From: Minisyncoccia bacterium
Lineage (GTDB): Bacteria > Patescibacteriota > Minisyncoccia > Phycocordibacterales > Zambryskibacteraceae
Direction: 5' to 3'
Assembly (NCBI GenBank): GCA_041742965.1
Contig: JBGTNQ010000003.1
Location: forward strand, 12,483 to 76,482
Length of the DNA: 64,000 bases
In this document: piece by piece, positions 27,462-37,361 of the stretch
Layout: each line of letters begins with the position of its first letter
Numbering within the stretch: the first letter of the stretch is position 1
The notes under the pieces: model-generated
What the model was told of the DNA's origin: nothing
The model's input: the letters and a program-made list of their open reading frames with translations, nothing else
The model's database searches: none
Translations under genes and position numbers: made by a program

Positions 27462-30131
27462 ATGAAATGGTATTCTTTTTCTCCTGAAAAAGTACTTGAG
27501 AAATTAAATACGAGCAGAGAGGGCCTCACTGAACAAGAAGCAGAGAGGCGCTTTCTTGTTAATGGGCCAAATCAGTTGCCGAAAGCAAAACCAGATTCTC
27601 TTTTCATTATATTCTTAAAGCAATTTCAAAGTCCTCTGATTTATATACTGATGTTCGCGACTGCGATTGTCTATTTGATGGGGGACACGGCTGACGCTCT
27701 CATTATTTTGGCTGTTCTTTTTATAAACGCATTTATAGGAACCTTTCAAGAGGGAAGGGCCCAAAATACTCTTAGGGCGCTTCAGGATTTTGTCACCACA
27801 GAGGCCACCGTTGTTCGTGATAGAGATGAAAAGATTATTTCTGATGAACACCTGGTAGTTGGAGATGTGATTTTGCTTTCTGAAGGTGACCAAGTTCCAG
27901 CTGATGCGAGGATTCTTGAATCATCAAGTCTTAAGCTGGATGAATCTTCTTTGACTGGAGAGTCTGTGCCGGTTATGAAGTCTTCTGATACTCTGTCGCC
28001 GAAAGAAATTATACCTGGAGATCAAAAGAATATGGTTTTTAGGGGAACTTTTGTTGTAGGTGGTAGCGGATATGCGGTCGTCGTATTGACTGGCGTTGAT
28101 ACAGTCATAGGTCAGATTTCAAAAGAGCTTTCTCAGATTGATACGGACATACCTCTCAAGAAAGATATAAAGAGTCTTTCAAAGTTGATTATCATCGTGA
28201 CATCTGTGGCAATGTTTGTCATCTTTTTGCTTGGTATATACCAAAACATATCTGTTAGGGAAATGTTTAAAACAGTTGTAGCGATTGCAGTTTCCGTAAT
28301 TCCAGAAGGTTTGCCGGTGGTTGTAACCTTGATTCTTGCAGCAGGAGTTTCTCGTATGAGTAAGAGAAAGGTGTTGGTGAGAAGACTTCAAGCCGTTGAA
28401 GCTTTGGGTCAAGCCAATATTATCGCTGTTGATAAGACAGGGACACTCACACTAAACCAGATGATGGTAGAGCACCTCTTTTCTGGAGGAAAATTGTATA
28501 GCGTTTTAGGTAATGGCTATGAACCCAAGGGTGCTATAAGTGGAGAAGATGGAGCTATTGATTTGCTTTCTCATACACACATACTTTTGGCAGGCAAGAT
28601 TGCGGGGTTTAATTCATCTGCCAATGTTGCTTATTCAGAAGAAAAGAAAATGTGGCAAAAAGTTTATGGAGACCCCACAGAAGCGGCCCTTTTGGTTTTT
28701 TCTCAAAAAGTTGGATTTCATAAAGATGTATTGTTGAGGGAGAGTCCGCTTATCTTAGACCTACCATTTGATTCCAATTTTCGTTTTCGGGCTTCTATAA
28801 ATTCCGTTGAAGGAAAACCTTTTCTTTCTGTGGCTGGCGCACCAGAGGCATTGCTTCCACTTTGTAATAAAGTTCTTGGTCATGAGGGGGTTAAAGATAT
28901 GTCAGATGAAGAAAGGGGAGCTCTTCAATACAGAGTCACAAAACTTTCTAGTCAGGGTTTCAGAGTCTTAATGCTTGCCTATGATGAAAAATCACCAAAG
29001 ACAATAGACCAATCTAAAATGCCAAAACTGGTCTTTGCAGGCTTGGTGGCAATGAGTGATACGGTGAGAAGTGAAGCGAAAGACGCTATAGATCTCGCTC
29101 ATAGCGCGGGGGTTAGGGTGGTGATGATAACGGGGGATCATATGCTTACTGCCAAGGCTATTGGTGAAGGACTAAATATTTGGAAAGAAGGAGATGAGAT
29201 AATATCTGGTGAAGAACTAGCCAGTCTTTCCCCAGAAGATCTTTCAAAGAGACTTTCTAAAGTTAGTATATTTGCCAGAATCACACCGCAGGATAAACTT
29301 AAAATTATCGAGGCCTTTAGAGCGAGGGGTGACATCGTGGCGATGACTGGAGATGGTGTAAATGATGCACTCTCTCTAGCGGCAGCTGATCTTGGTGTTT
29401 CTATGGGTAACATTGGGACAGAGGTAGCCAAAGAAGCTTCTGATATCATCATCACCGATGACAATTTCGGCTCTATTGTTTCTGGTATTGAAGAAGGAAG
29501 GGGTATATATGCCACCATAAAAAAGGTGGTTCTTTATCTTTTGTCTACTAGTATCGGCGAACTGTTTACAATCGTGGCTGCCATATCGCTTCTCCTGCCA
29601 GTACCTTTGACTGCTAGTCAGATTATTTGGCTAAACTTTGTTACAGATGGTTTCCTTGTCGTCGCTCTAGCTATGGAACCGAGAATTTCCATGCTCAATA
29701 ATAGGATAAATAAGAAAAACAAAATCATTGATAGATTTATGGTTGAGAGGATGTTTGTTCAAGGTATAACTATGATGTTTGGTACGGTATGGCTTTTCTC
29801 GCTTTATTTGTCAGAAGGATTTGCAATGGCTTCAACTGTAGCTTTGACAGTTTTGGCCATATTTCAGTGGTTTAATGTCTGGAATTGTAGACACGGTAGT
29901 GAAAAAAATAATGAACGTTTACCAGCAAACTGGAGTCTCTATGTCGCCACTCTGGTGGTGGTGATCCTCCAATTAATGGCTGTTTATATGCCAGTCTTTC
30001 AGAGTATATTAAAAACCGTGCCTTTAGAAATTTTTGACTGGGTATTAATACTTATGGTTTCTTTGACCATATTTGTTACAGATGGAGTTTGGAGAAAGAT
30101 TAGATCTGGCGCTGTTTCTCTGGGTCACTAA
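27462..30131 (+). CDS. Cation-transporting P-type ATPase (P2A-like)
   Basis: LTGES, PEGL, DKTGTLT, TGD, GDGVND. Confidence 0.96.
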   Translation: MKWYSFSPEKVLEKLNTSREGLTEQEAERRFLVNGPNQLPKAKPDSLFIIFLKQFQSPLIYILMFATAIVYLMGDTADALIILAVLFINAFIGTFQEGRAQNTLRALQDFVTTEATVVRDRDEKIISDEHLVVGDVILLSEGDQVPADARILESSSLKLDESSLTGESVPVMKSSDTLSPKEIIPGDQKNMVFRGTFVVGGSGYAVVVLTGVDTVIGQISKELSQIDTDIPLKKDIKSLSKLIIIVTSVAMFVIFLLGIYQNISVREMFKTVVAIAVSVIPEGLPVVVTLILAAGVSRMSKRKVLVRRLQAVEALGQANIIAVDKTGTLTLNQMMVEHLFSGGKLYSVLGNGYEPKGAISGEDGAIDLLSHTHILLAGKIAGFNSSANVAYSEEKKMWQKVYGDPTEAALLVFSQKVGFHKDVLLRESPLILDLPFDSNFRFRASINSVEGKPFLSVAGAPEALLPLCNKVLGHEGVKDMSDEERGALQYRVTKLSSQGFRVLMLAYDEKSPKTIDQSKMPKLVFAGLVAMSDTVRSEAKDAIDLAHSAGVRVVMITGDHMLTAKAIGEGLNIWKEGDEIISGEELASLSPEDLSKRLSKVSIFARITPQDKLKIIEAFRARGDIVAMTGDGVNDALSLAAADLGVSMGNIGTEVAKEASDIIITDDNFGSIVSGIEEGRGIYATIKKVVLYLLSTSIGELFTIVAAISLLLPVPLTASQIIWLNFVTDGFLVVALAMEPRISMLNNRINKKNKIIDRFMVERMFVQGITMMFGTVWLFSLYLSEGFAMASTVALTVLAIFQWFNVWNCRHGSEKNNERLPANWSLYVATLVVVILQLMAVYMPVFQSILKTVPLEIFDWVLILMVSLTIFVTDGVWRKIRSGAVSLGH

Positions 30132-30139
30132 TAAGCAAT

Positions 30140-30172
30140 TCAGGACGGCGCGCTTAAAGCGTGCCGTCCTGA
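30140..30172. terminator. Hairpin between convergent genes
   Basis: tcaggacggcgcgc/gcgtgccgtcctga. Confidence 0.6.
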
Positions 30173-30178
30173 TGAGTC

Positions 30179-30310
30179 TTACTCCTGTCTTTCGCGAAGC
30201 TTCTTGACTCGCTCCACGATGATGCGGAGGGCGGAAAGGATGAGTTCTGTGCGATCCGCCTTGAAATGCGGGGGAGCTGATGGTATTAACTCTGCGTGTT
30301 CTCCACTCAT
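30179..30310 (-). CDS. Possible small protein (43 aa, MSGEHAELIP...KLRERQE)
   Basis: ATGA overlap with the upstream ORF stop; ends at the terminator hairpin. Confidence 0.35.
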   Translation of the reverse strand: MSGEHAELIPSAPPHFKADRTELILSALRIIVERVKKLRERQE

Positions 30311-30524
30311 CCGGTCGTCACTCCCACTGTATGAGAGAAGCGTCCACGAAGCTCGGTCGCGAGTCGCTTCCTGTCCTTCTCGCTGATTTTGCCGTGGTTG
30401 CGTGCCTCGGTGAGCTCTTGCATTCCGTCTTCAAGGGAATTGAATTCTCGGCTCTCGCTGATTTCGAAGACGATTCGAAGCCCGTTATCTGCCACCTCAA
30501 TACTGGGCTCAAAGATATTCCACA
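30307..30524 (-). CDS. Hypothetical protein (probable GTG start)
   Basis: GGAGG SD before GTG within the listed ORF 30307-30621. Confidence 0.4.
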
Positions 30525-30693
30525 CATCTCCCTCCAGTTGGTTTAGGGTTCGTCGCTTGCGATGGATACAAGAAAAGGTACCTTCTCTCTCAATTAGACC
30601 ATAAATTAAATCTAAATACAAATTTATTCAAGGATTTTGGACAACTCAACTCGCGTGTTAATATAACGATGATTATTAAATATCCAATTCTCT

Positions 30694-31233
30694 ATGAAAT
30701 TAAATTCACTAATCTATATTATTATCGCTGTTCTAGTCGTCGGAGCTATATTTTTTGTTGGCAAAAAAGAAAATAGTGGATCACTCTCTCCTAGTCAGGA
30801 TTCAAATTCATCTGAAAAGTTAATTGAAAACACGGGGGCACTATCAATGCGCGATTTGGTGTCTAGAGATGAATCTGTTCGTTGTACCTTTGTTCATGAT
30901 ACAGAAATGAGCAAATCTTCCGGAGAAGTTTTCGTAGCTCAAGGTAAAATTAGAGGTAACTTTGATGTAGTGGCCGTTGGGGCTCAAGGTGAACAACCTT
31001 TTAATGCATATATGATATCCGATGGTGATATGTCATATATTTGGTCTTCCGTTCTTCCTCAAGGTGTAAAGATTCCTCTTTCTCAGCTAGAAGAGCAAAG
31101 TTCGGATCAGGCCTCAGAGGGTATAAGTTATAATACGAAACTTAACTACTCTTGCGAGCCATGGCAGGTTGATAACTCTGTCTTTGTTCCACCGACCTCC
31201 GTTTCTTTTGTAGGGGTACCGCAAACACAGTAG
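30694..31233 (+). CDS. Hypothetical membrane-anchored protein
   Basis: N-terminal TM, Cys pair, C.PW.VD.S.F.PP pattern. Confidence 0.75.
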   Translation: MKLNSLIYIIIAVLVVGAIFFVGKKENSGSLSPSQDSNSSEKLIENTGALSMRDLVSRDESVRCTFVHDTEMSKSSGEVFVAQGKIRGNFDVVAVGAQGEQPFNAYMISDGDMSYIWSSVLPQGVKIPLSQLEEQSSDQASEGISYNTKLNYSCEPWQVDNSVFVPPTSVSFVGVPQTQ

Positions 31234-31255
31234 TAAAGTATTTTCTTGAAAACTT

Positions 31256-32392
31256 ATGAAGCGTCTCTTATTTATAACAATCCTACTCTCTTTTCCAGCT
31301 CTTGTATTTGGGGCCTCTTTCGGAGCGGCTAGAGAGTATCTTCTTCGCCAAGGGGAGGTTATAGAAGGGGATTTATACGCAGTTGGGACTACTGCCACTT
31401 TGGTAGGTAGTGCTTTGGGCGATGTGTTTTTGTTGGGCGGAAATGTTTTTGTTGGTAATTCCGTCTCTCAAAGTGCTTTCCTTATTGGTGGGACGGTCGA
31501 TATTATAGGATCCGTTGGCCAAAACCTTCGCATTATATCTGGTAAGACTCTTTTTCGTGGAGATACGGGTGAGGACTTTGTCGCAGTGAGTAGTGATATA
31601 CAAATTCTTCCGGAATCTGTAATAAATGGAAATCTCTCTGTTGCTTCAGGTAGGGCAGTGATTGATGGAGAAGTAATGGGCAGCCTTAAGGGCGTGGTAG
31701 GCGAACTTATCTTGAATGGAAAAATTGCTGGTGATGTAGATGTTACTGTTGATAGTGTGACTTTGGGTCCTAATGCTCTGATTGAAGGTTCTTTTTCTTA
31801 TTCCTCCCCAAAACAAGTGGTTATTTTGGGCGAGGGACAGATTTTGGGTGAGGTTTTCTACACGGAGTTTGATACTCGTTCTAAAGCAGAGCAGTTTCTT
31901 CCCACGCTTTGGGGTACTTGGATATTTGTCAAACTAATCATTCTTATGGTTTCTGCTTTAGTAATGCATGGAATATTTCGTTCAATTTCCAATTCTTTTG
32001 TAGAGAGAGCTGTTCGTGTGCCTGGATGGAGTGTCGTCAGGGGCTTTGTTTTTATGGTAGCTGTACCAGTAGCTCTATTTGTTACAGCTTTAACTCTAAT
32101 AGGCATTCCATTTCTAATTTTAGGATTATCGGTTTATGTCGGGTTTTTGGTTTTGGCCTACTTCTTTTCCCCGATTATTATAGGTTCTGTTGTCTTCAAA
32201 TATATATACAAGACACCAGAAATACCTGTTAATTGGAAGAGTATAGTAACCGGCGTATTTCTAGTGGTATCGTTAGGGTTTTTAGGTTGGATTGGAAACA
32301 TATTACATACCATCTTGTTCTTAATCACTTTAGGTGCCATATATCAAGGTCTCTTTGAGAGATTCGTTTCTGCTCGTGAGAAAAATGAATAG
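31256..32392 (+). CDS. Polymer-forming (bactofilin-like) beta-repeat membrane protein
   Basis: Signal peptide, repeated I.G.V.GD/N beta-helix motifs, C-terminal TM bundle. Confidence 0.75.
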   Translation: MKRLLFITILLSFPALVFGASFGAAREYLLRQGEVIEGDLYAVGTTATLVGSALGDVFLLGGNVFVGNSVSQSAFLIGGTVDIIGSVGQNLRIISGKTLFRGDTGEDFVAVSSDIQILPESVINGNLSVASGRAVIDGEVMGSLKGVVGELILNGKIAGDVDVTVDSVTLGPNALIEGSFSYSSPKQVVILGEGQILGEVFYTEFDTRSKAEQFLPTLWGTWIFVKLIILMVSALVMHGIFRSISNSFVERAVRVPGWSVVRGFVFMVAVPVALFVTALTLIGIPFLILGLSVYVGFLVLAYFFSPIIIGSVVFKYIYKTPEIPVNWKSIVTGVFLVVSLGFLGWIGNILHTILFLITLGAIYQGLFERFVSAREKNE

Positions 32393-33005
32393 ATATAAAT
32401 ATATAATAGTCGCCCTTTTAGTGTGCTTTCCTATTTATTTTTTGTTTTTTAGTAAAGAAAATATTGCTAACTATCCTTCTAGTGGAGAAGGTATAGTCGC
32501 TTTTGGAGATAGTCTTGTAGAGGGTGTTGGAGCCAGCCCTTCTCTAGATTTTGTTTCTTTATTGAGTTTAAAGACAGGAAGACAGATAGTAAACTTCGGA
32601 CTTTCCGGTGATACTACTTCTTCCGCTAGAGATAGATTACCTGAAGTTTTTGCCAGAGTACCAAACCCGGAAGTAGCCATAATCCTCTTGGGTGGTAATG
32701 ATTTTTTGAGAAAAATACCCCAGGAGGAGACTTTTCGTAATTTAGAATTTATTATTAATGAGTTTCAAAAGAGAGGAAGTGTTGTGTTATTGTTGGGGGT
32801 AAGGGGAGGTATTTTAAATGATAGGTTTGATAAAGATTTTAAAAAATTATCTGACCGTTTAGAGACCGCCTTTGTTCCAAATGTGCTTAAGGGTATTATA
32901 GGGAATCCAAAGTTTATGTATGATTCCATCCATCCTAACGGCTTAGGGTATGAGCATATGGCAGAGCGTATTTTGCCCGTGTTAAGTAAGATTATAATAG
33001 ATTAA
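32385..33005 (+). CDS. GDSL/SGNH esterase
   Basis: FGDSL, GGND, DSIHPN. Confidence 0.92.
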   Translation: MNRYKYIIVALLVCFPIYFLFFSKENIANYPSSGEGIVAFGDSLVEGVGASPSLDFVSLLSLKTGRQIVNFGLSGDTTSSARDRLPEVFARVPNPEVAIILLGGNDFLRKIPQEETFRNLEFIINEFQKRGSVVLLLGVRGGILNDRFDKDFKKLSDRLETAFVPNVLKGIIGNPKFMYDSIHPNGLGYEHMAERILPVLSKIIID

Positions 33006-33020
33006 GTTTATTTAAAAAAT

Positions 33021-33557
33021 ATGAGCAAAAAAATCATTACAATAATTGCCGTTCTGGTTATTATAGGACTCGCCTTTGTGATTTTTTCATCAAAAGAAGA
33101 GACTCTAAAAGTCGTGAATTCTTTTGATGAATGCGTATCTCTCGGCTTTCCGGTTTTGGAGTCTTATCCTGAACAATGTATAGCTAATGGAGAAACATTT
33201 GTCAGAGATATTGGCAATGAATTAGAGAAAACTGACCTAGTGGTCTTAAACACTCCTAGGGCAGGAGACAAGGTTTCTTTTCCAATCGAATTGTCTGGCC
33301 GTGCCAGAGGCCCGTGGTTTTTTGAGGCTAGTTTTCCTGCAGAAATTCTTGATGGAGATGGAACATCATTGGGCATGGGTATCATGACCGCACAGGGGGA
33401 GTGGATGACTACAGAGTTTGTGCCTTTTTCTGGAAGGGTAGAATTGACAGCAATGCCCAAATTTCCAAAAGGCACACTCTTGCTTCATAAGGATAATCCT
33501 TCAGGGGAACCGCAGTTTGATGATAAATTAATCGTTCCAATCTTTTTCGGTCAATAG
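33021..33557 (+). CDS. Gmad2 Ig-like domain protein
   Basis: G.ARG.WFFEASFP, WMTTEFVPF, KDNPSG. Confidence 0.8.
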   Translation: MSKKIITIIAVLVIIGLAFVIFSSKEETLKVVNSFDECVSLGFPVLESYPEQCIANGETFVRDIGNELEKTDLVVLNTPRAGDKVSFPIELSGRARGPWFFEASFPAEILDGDGTSLGMGIMTAQGEWMTTEFVPFSGRVELTAMPKFPKGTLLLHKDNPSGEPQFDDKLIVPIFFGQ

Positions 33558-33577
33558 TAAGGTGCTATAATAACTAT

Positions 33578-33844
33578 ATGTCTGAGATAGTGAAAGCTGA
33601 TGTTTTCTTTTTCGTTTCAACCTTGGCGGTTGTGGCCGTAACTATTCTTTTGATAGTAGCTATAATCTACGCCATTGCTATTTTGCGTGATGCTAGGAAG
33701 TTATCTTCTATGGTGAGAGAGGAGGGTGAAGAGATGGTTAGTGATTTCAGCGTTATTCGAAAGAGGATTATTGGGGGTTTGGGTAAGATTATAAATTCTT
33801 TTACAAAAAAAAATGACAGCAAAAAAAACAAAAAAAGTAGTTAA
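33578..33844 (+). CDS. Hypothetical membrane protein
   Basis: Single long TM; leaderless after TGCTATAAT. Confidence 0.7.
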   Translation: MSEIVKADVFFFVSTLAVVAVTILLIVAIIYAIAILRDARKLSSMVREEGEEMVSDFSVIRKRIIGGLGKIINSFTKKNDSKKNKKSS

Positions 33845-34190
33845 AAAAGCAGATAAAAAGAGTGGGTCAGGTAATGCGGGAGCAGTAGTTTTGGGCACAA
33901 TGGCCATAGGCGCATTGGCGGGATATATTTTTTGGGGAAGTAAAAATGCTCCAAAGAATCGCAAAAATCTAAAGGGCTGGGTGCTTAAGGCAAAAGGAGA
34001 GGTTTTAGAGAGGGTAGAAAAAACCAAAGAAGCTTCTGAGGCCCAGTATCACAAGATAGTGGATGATGTACTTCGCAAGTATGAAGCAACAAAATCAATA
34101 GATACAAAGGAAGTTAAAGCACTAGGAAAAGATTTGAAAAAACACTGGCTCGCATTTTCAAAGGAGATCAAAAAGGTAAAAAAGGCATAG
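33813..34190 (+). CDS. Hypothetical (YtxH-like) protein
   Basis: GA.AG hydrophobic patch followed by Lys-rich helices. Confidence 0.65.
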   Translation: MTAKKTKKVVKKADKKSGSGNAGAVVLGTMAIGALAGYIFWGSKNAPKNRKNLKGWVLKAKGEVLERVEKTKEASEAQYHKIVDDVLRKYEATKSIDTKEVKALGKDLKKHWLAFSKEIKKVKKA

Positions 34191-34196
34191 CTAGAC

Positions 34197-35375
34197 TTAT
34201 CGAGTATCTTTTATACGAAGGGCGAAAAAAGCTCCAAGTATCGTTATTGCCGAAAGGGCAATAAATACTGATTGCATACCAGATAGAGCTAATAGTATAG
34301 TTGCTATTATCGGCGCCACCACATACGAGAGTGGTCTGGACATACGAAAAAGACTTATAGTATCAGAGTCGCTACCTTTTGTGTGTTTGAAAAAATAAGA
34401 CTCGGTTGTTATTTCTGCGAAACTTGCTCCGACTCGAGATAAAAATAATATAAAAGCCCAGATCAAAAATATAGGATTTTGTTGAATAGCTATCAGTAGA
34501 GCAGATACAGAAGAGACAATAAAACCAAATATCATCAATTCTTTTTCCCCATACTTTTTGTCTGCCAACCAACCTACCGGTATCTCAAAAATAACAAAAG
34601 GCAAAAGCATTATAGTGAAGAGCGCCCCTATTTCTGGCCAACTGAATCCGATGGTATTTACAAGGTGGAGTGGTAAATAGACGACCATGGTTGCATAAAA
34701 AAACTGGAGTACATAGTGTGACAGCATACCAAAGCGAATATCTTTGTTTTCCCACGTCTCACTTATTGTCTCTTTTATACCTGTTCTTTTTGGCGGTTCT
34801 GGTTTTATAGACTTGAGCCAATGGGTACTTACGAACAAAAGAGGTAGCAGTAATAGTGCGGATACCGCATATATATAGTTGAATGTCATAGTCAAAAGCA
34901 TAATACCCACAACCATTGGAGAGAGGACCAGGGTGGTGTTTGCAAGGGTTAAATAAACCCCTCTTACAGATCCAGTATTGCTTTCGTCTTTAGATACGTG
35001 TTCAAGGAATATATCTAAACAATACAAAATCATCGGTATGGCTGCTTGGTGGAGTATAAATGCAACTATCGCAATTTTCGGTCCTTTGGCGAATATGAGT
35101 CCTAATATACCTACAAATTCTAATAATATAGTTAAGAGAAAGTATTTATATAAGCCTATTTTCCTGACAATGTTTGGGGCACTGTAAAAAAGAAATAGAC
35201 TAAAGATGGCCCCCAACACAAAGAGAGTGCCGACGATCTTCTCTGAAACAAAACCCTCCATATAGGAGGAATTTATGTAGATGATTAAGAAATAATGGAG
35301 AGAAAGTATTAAGTTCGCTCCATAAATAGCGAGAATAGAGCGGTGGTGCTTAATTCGCGAAAGTATTCCTTCCAT
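34197..35375 (-). CDS. MFS transporter
   Basis: About 12 TM; EIPVGWLADKKYGEK. Confidence 0.9.
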   Translation of the reverse strand: MEGILSRIKHHRSILAIYGANLILSLHYFLIIYINSSYMEGFVSEKIVGTLFVLGAIFSLFLFYSAPNIVRKIGLYKYFLLTILLEFVGILGLIFAKGPKIAIVAFILHQAAIPMILYCLDIFLEHVSKDESNTGSVRGVYLTLANTTLVLSPMVVGIMLLTMTFNYIYAVSALLLLPLLFVSTHWLKSIKPEPPKRTGIKETISETWENKDIRFGMLSHYVLQFFYATMVVYLPLHLVNTIGFSWPEIGALFTIMLLPFVIFEIPVGWLADKKYGEKELMIFGFIVSSVSALLIAIQQNPIFLIWAFILFLSRVGASFAEITTESYFFKHTKGSDSDTISLFRMSRPLSYVVAPIIATILLALSGMQSVFIALSAITILGAFFALRIKDTR

Positions 35376-35487
35376 ATTATTTACCCCGTTAGAGATGCCT
35401 TGTGGATGTTTCCTTCTATACGAACACTGGACCTAATGCTTAGCACGAGTTCTCTGACTGGGTCTAACAATTATACCAAGAAGTTTA

Positions 35488-37344
35488 TTAAACTCCGAGG
35501 ATGACAGGGATGACGATTGGTCTTTTCGCTGTTTTTTGGAAAAGAAACCTTTCGACTCCTTCGCTAACATTTGATTTTACAAAATCAAAATCTATAGGAT
35601 TCATACCTATTGTTGTTTTTTCAATAGAGCGTCGGATTAAGGTTCTTGTCTGTTGAAGTAGGTCTTGGGACTCTCTCAAGTATACGAAGCCTCTAGAAAT
35701 AATGTCTGGTGACTTCCTTAGCTTACCAGTTTTGGTGTCCACGCTGGCGATGATGACCAAGAAACCGTCTTCAGCCAGCATTTTTCTGTCGCGCATCACA
35801 ACTTCTTGCATGTCTCCTATTGCAAAACCATCCACCATAACTGGATTTGATGGGGCCTTTTCTGCTAGAGCTCTTATTTTTTGTCCTTTTTCATATATTT
35901 CTATAACTGAACCATTGTCTGGTACTACCACATTTTCTTTGGGTACACCTAGAGTATAGGCAAGTTCCGCATGCTGTCTTAACATGTAGTGGTTTCCGTG
36001 AAGTGGCATAAAAAACTTGTAGTTTATTTGATTGTGTATCCAACGCAATTCATCACGGTTCCCGTGACCAGAGGCGTGAACATCAGAGTCTAGGTAGGTG
36101 ATGATTTTTGCCCCAGATCTGTAAAGGTTATCTTTTAGATTTACCACTGCCATATAGTTTGTCGGAATAATGGAAGAGGAGAGAAGCACCGTGTCAGTGG
36201 GACGTAATTGCACATACTTGTGAGATTTGTTGGCGATTCTCATTAGCGCCGCGAACTCTTCTCCTTGAGCGCCAGTAACGATCATGACGACCTTGTCTGG
36301 TGGGTGAGACTCTATTTCTTCAAGTGGAATTACAATTTTATCGGTGTCTACGAGTCCGAGCTTTTTTATAATTTCCAGATTGTTTTTCATACTCCTACCT
36401 TCAAAGACAACCTTTTTATTTAATCGACGACATATGTCTATGATGGCGATTAGGCGCTCAACTTGAGAGGCGAAAGTGGCGATAATTAGACGAGACTTTG
36501 TCATTTGAATTATTTTCTCGATATTTTCTATAACCACATTTTCAGACAAAGAAAACCCTGGTTTTTCAATGGAGGTTGAGTCCATAGTAAGGAGTAGGAC
36601 ATTCATATCTTTGAATCTTTCATATTGTTTAAACTCTTCTTGTGTCGGTACGCCATCAATGTTGTCTACTCTGACGTCCTCAATAAAGACAATATTTCCG
36701 TGGGGAGTCTCTATTATCAAGCCGATAGAGTCAGGGATGGTGTGAGAGATCGGAAAAGTTGTAACCCTTAGGTCTTTCGATATGGTTATACGCTCATTTG
36801 CTTCTAAAACTTTAATATCCAGTTTAGGCATTTGAGGAAACTCTTCTTGTCGTTTCATAATCATCATTGAACCGAATTGAGCAGTATATATTGGAGGATT
36901 TCCGATACGGTCCATGATGTAGGGAATAGCGCCTATATGATCTAGGTGTCCGTGAGTGATAAACATCGCTTTCACTTTTTCTTTTCTTTCTTCAAGGTAC
37001 TTTGTATTAGGAAGAATATAGTCAATTCCCGGGGTTCCCGCATCTCTGAATTGGAAACCGCAGTCAATGACAATAATGCTATCGCCAAACTCTATTGCGG
37101 TCATATTTTTTCCAACCTCCTCTACTCCACCGAGTGGAATTATGCGTATACTTTCCCCTATAGGAGGAATCACAACAGGTTTTTTTCTGTTGTCTTGCTG
37201 AGATCCATTACTTCTAAACCCAGTTGGCCTTGAATGTCTTCTCCCAAACGGAGTTTTTCTCACACCTCTTCTCGGGCGCATTGTTGGACGAGGAGACTCG
37301 GTTGGTACCAGTTTTTCTCCCGCTGTATTTGTATTTGTATCCAT
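35488..37344 (-). CDS. rnj: Ribonuclease J
   Basis: PLGGVEEVGKN, THGHLDHIG, HASGH, ISRGFVY. Confidence 0.96.
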   Translation of the reverse strand: MDTNTNTAGEKLVPTESPRPTMRPRRGVRKTPFGRRHSRPTGFRSNGSQQDNRKKPVVIPPIGESIRIIPLGGVEEVGKNMTAIEFGDSIIVIDCGFQFRDAGTPGIDYILPNTKYLEERKEKVKAMFITHGHLDHIGAIPYIMDRIGNPPIYTAQFGSMMIMKRQEEFPQMPKLDIKVLEANERITISKDLRVTTFPISHTIPDSIGLIIETPHGNIVFIEDVRVDNIDGVPTQEEFKQYERFKDMNVLLLTMDSTSIEKPGFSLSENVVIENIEKIIQMTKSRLIIATFASQVERLIAIIDICRRLNKKVVFEGRSMKNNLEIIKKLGLVDTDKIVIPLEEIESHPPDKVVMIVTGAQGEEFAALMRIANKSHKYVQLRPTDTVLLSSSIIPTNYMAVVNLKDNLYRSGAKIITYLDSDVHASGHGNRDELRWIHNQINYKFFMPLHGNHYMLRQHAELAYTLGVPKENVVVPDNGSVIEIYEKGQKIRALAEKAPSNPVMVDGFAIGDMQEVVMRDRKMLAEDGFLVIIASVDTKTGKLRKSPDIISRGFVYLRESQDLLQQTRTLIRRSIEKTTIGMNPIDFDFVKSNVSEGVERFLFQKTAKRPIVIPVILGV

Positions 37345-37361
37345 ATTTTGTAAGTTAATAA

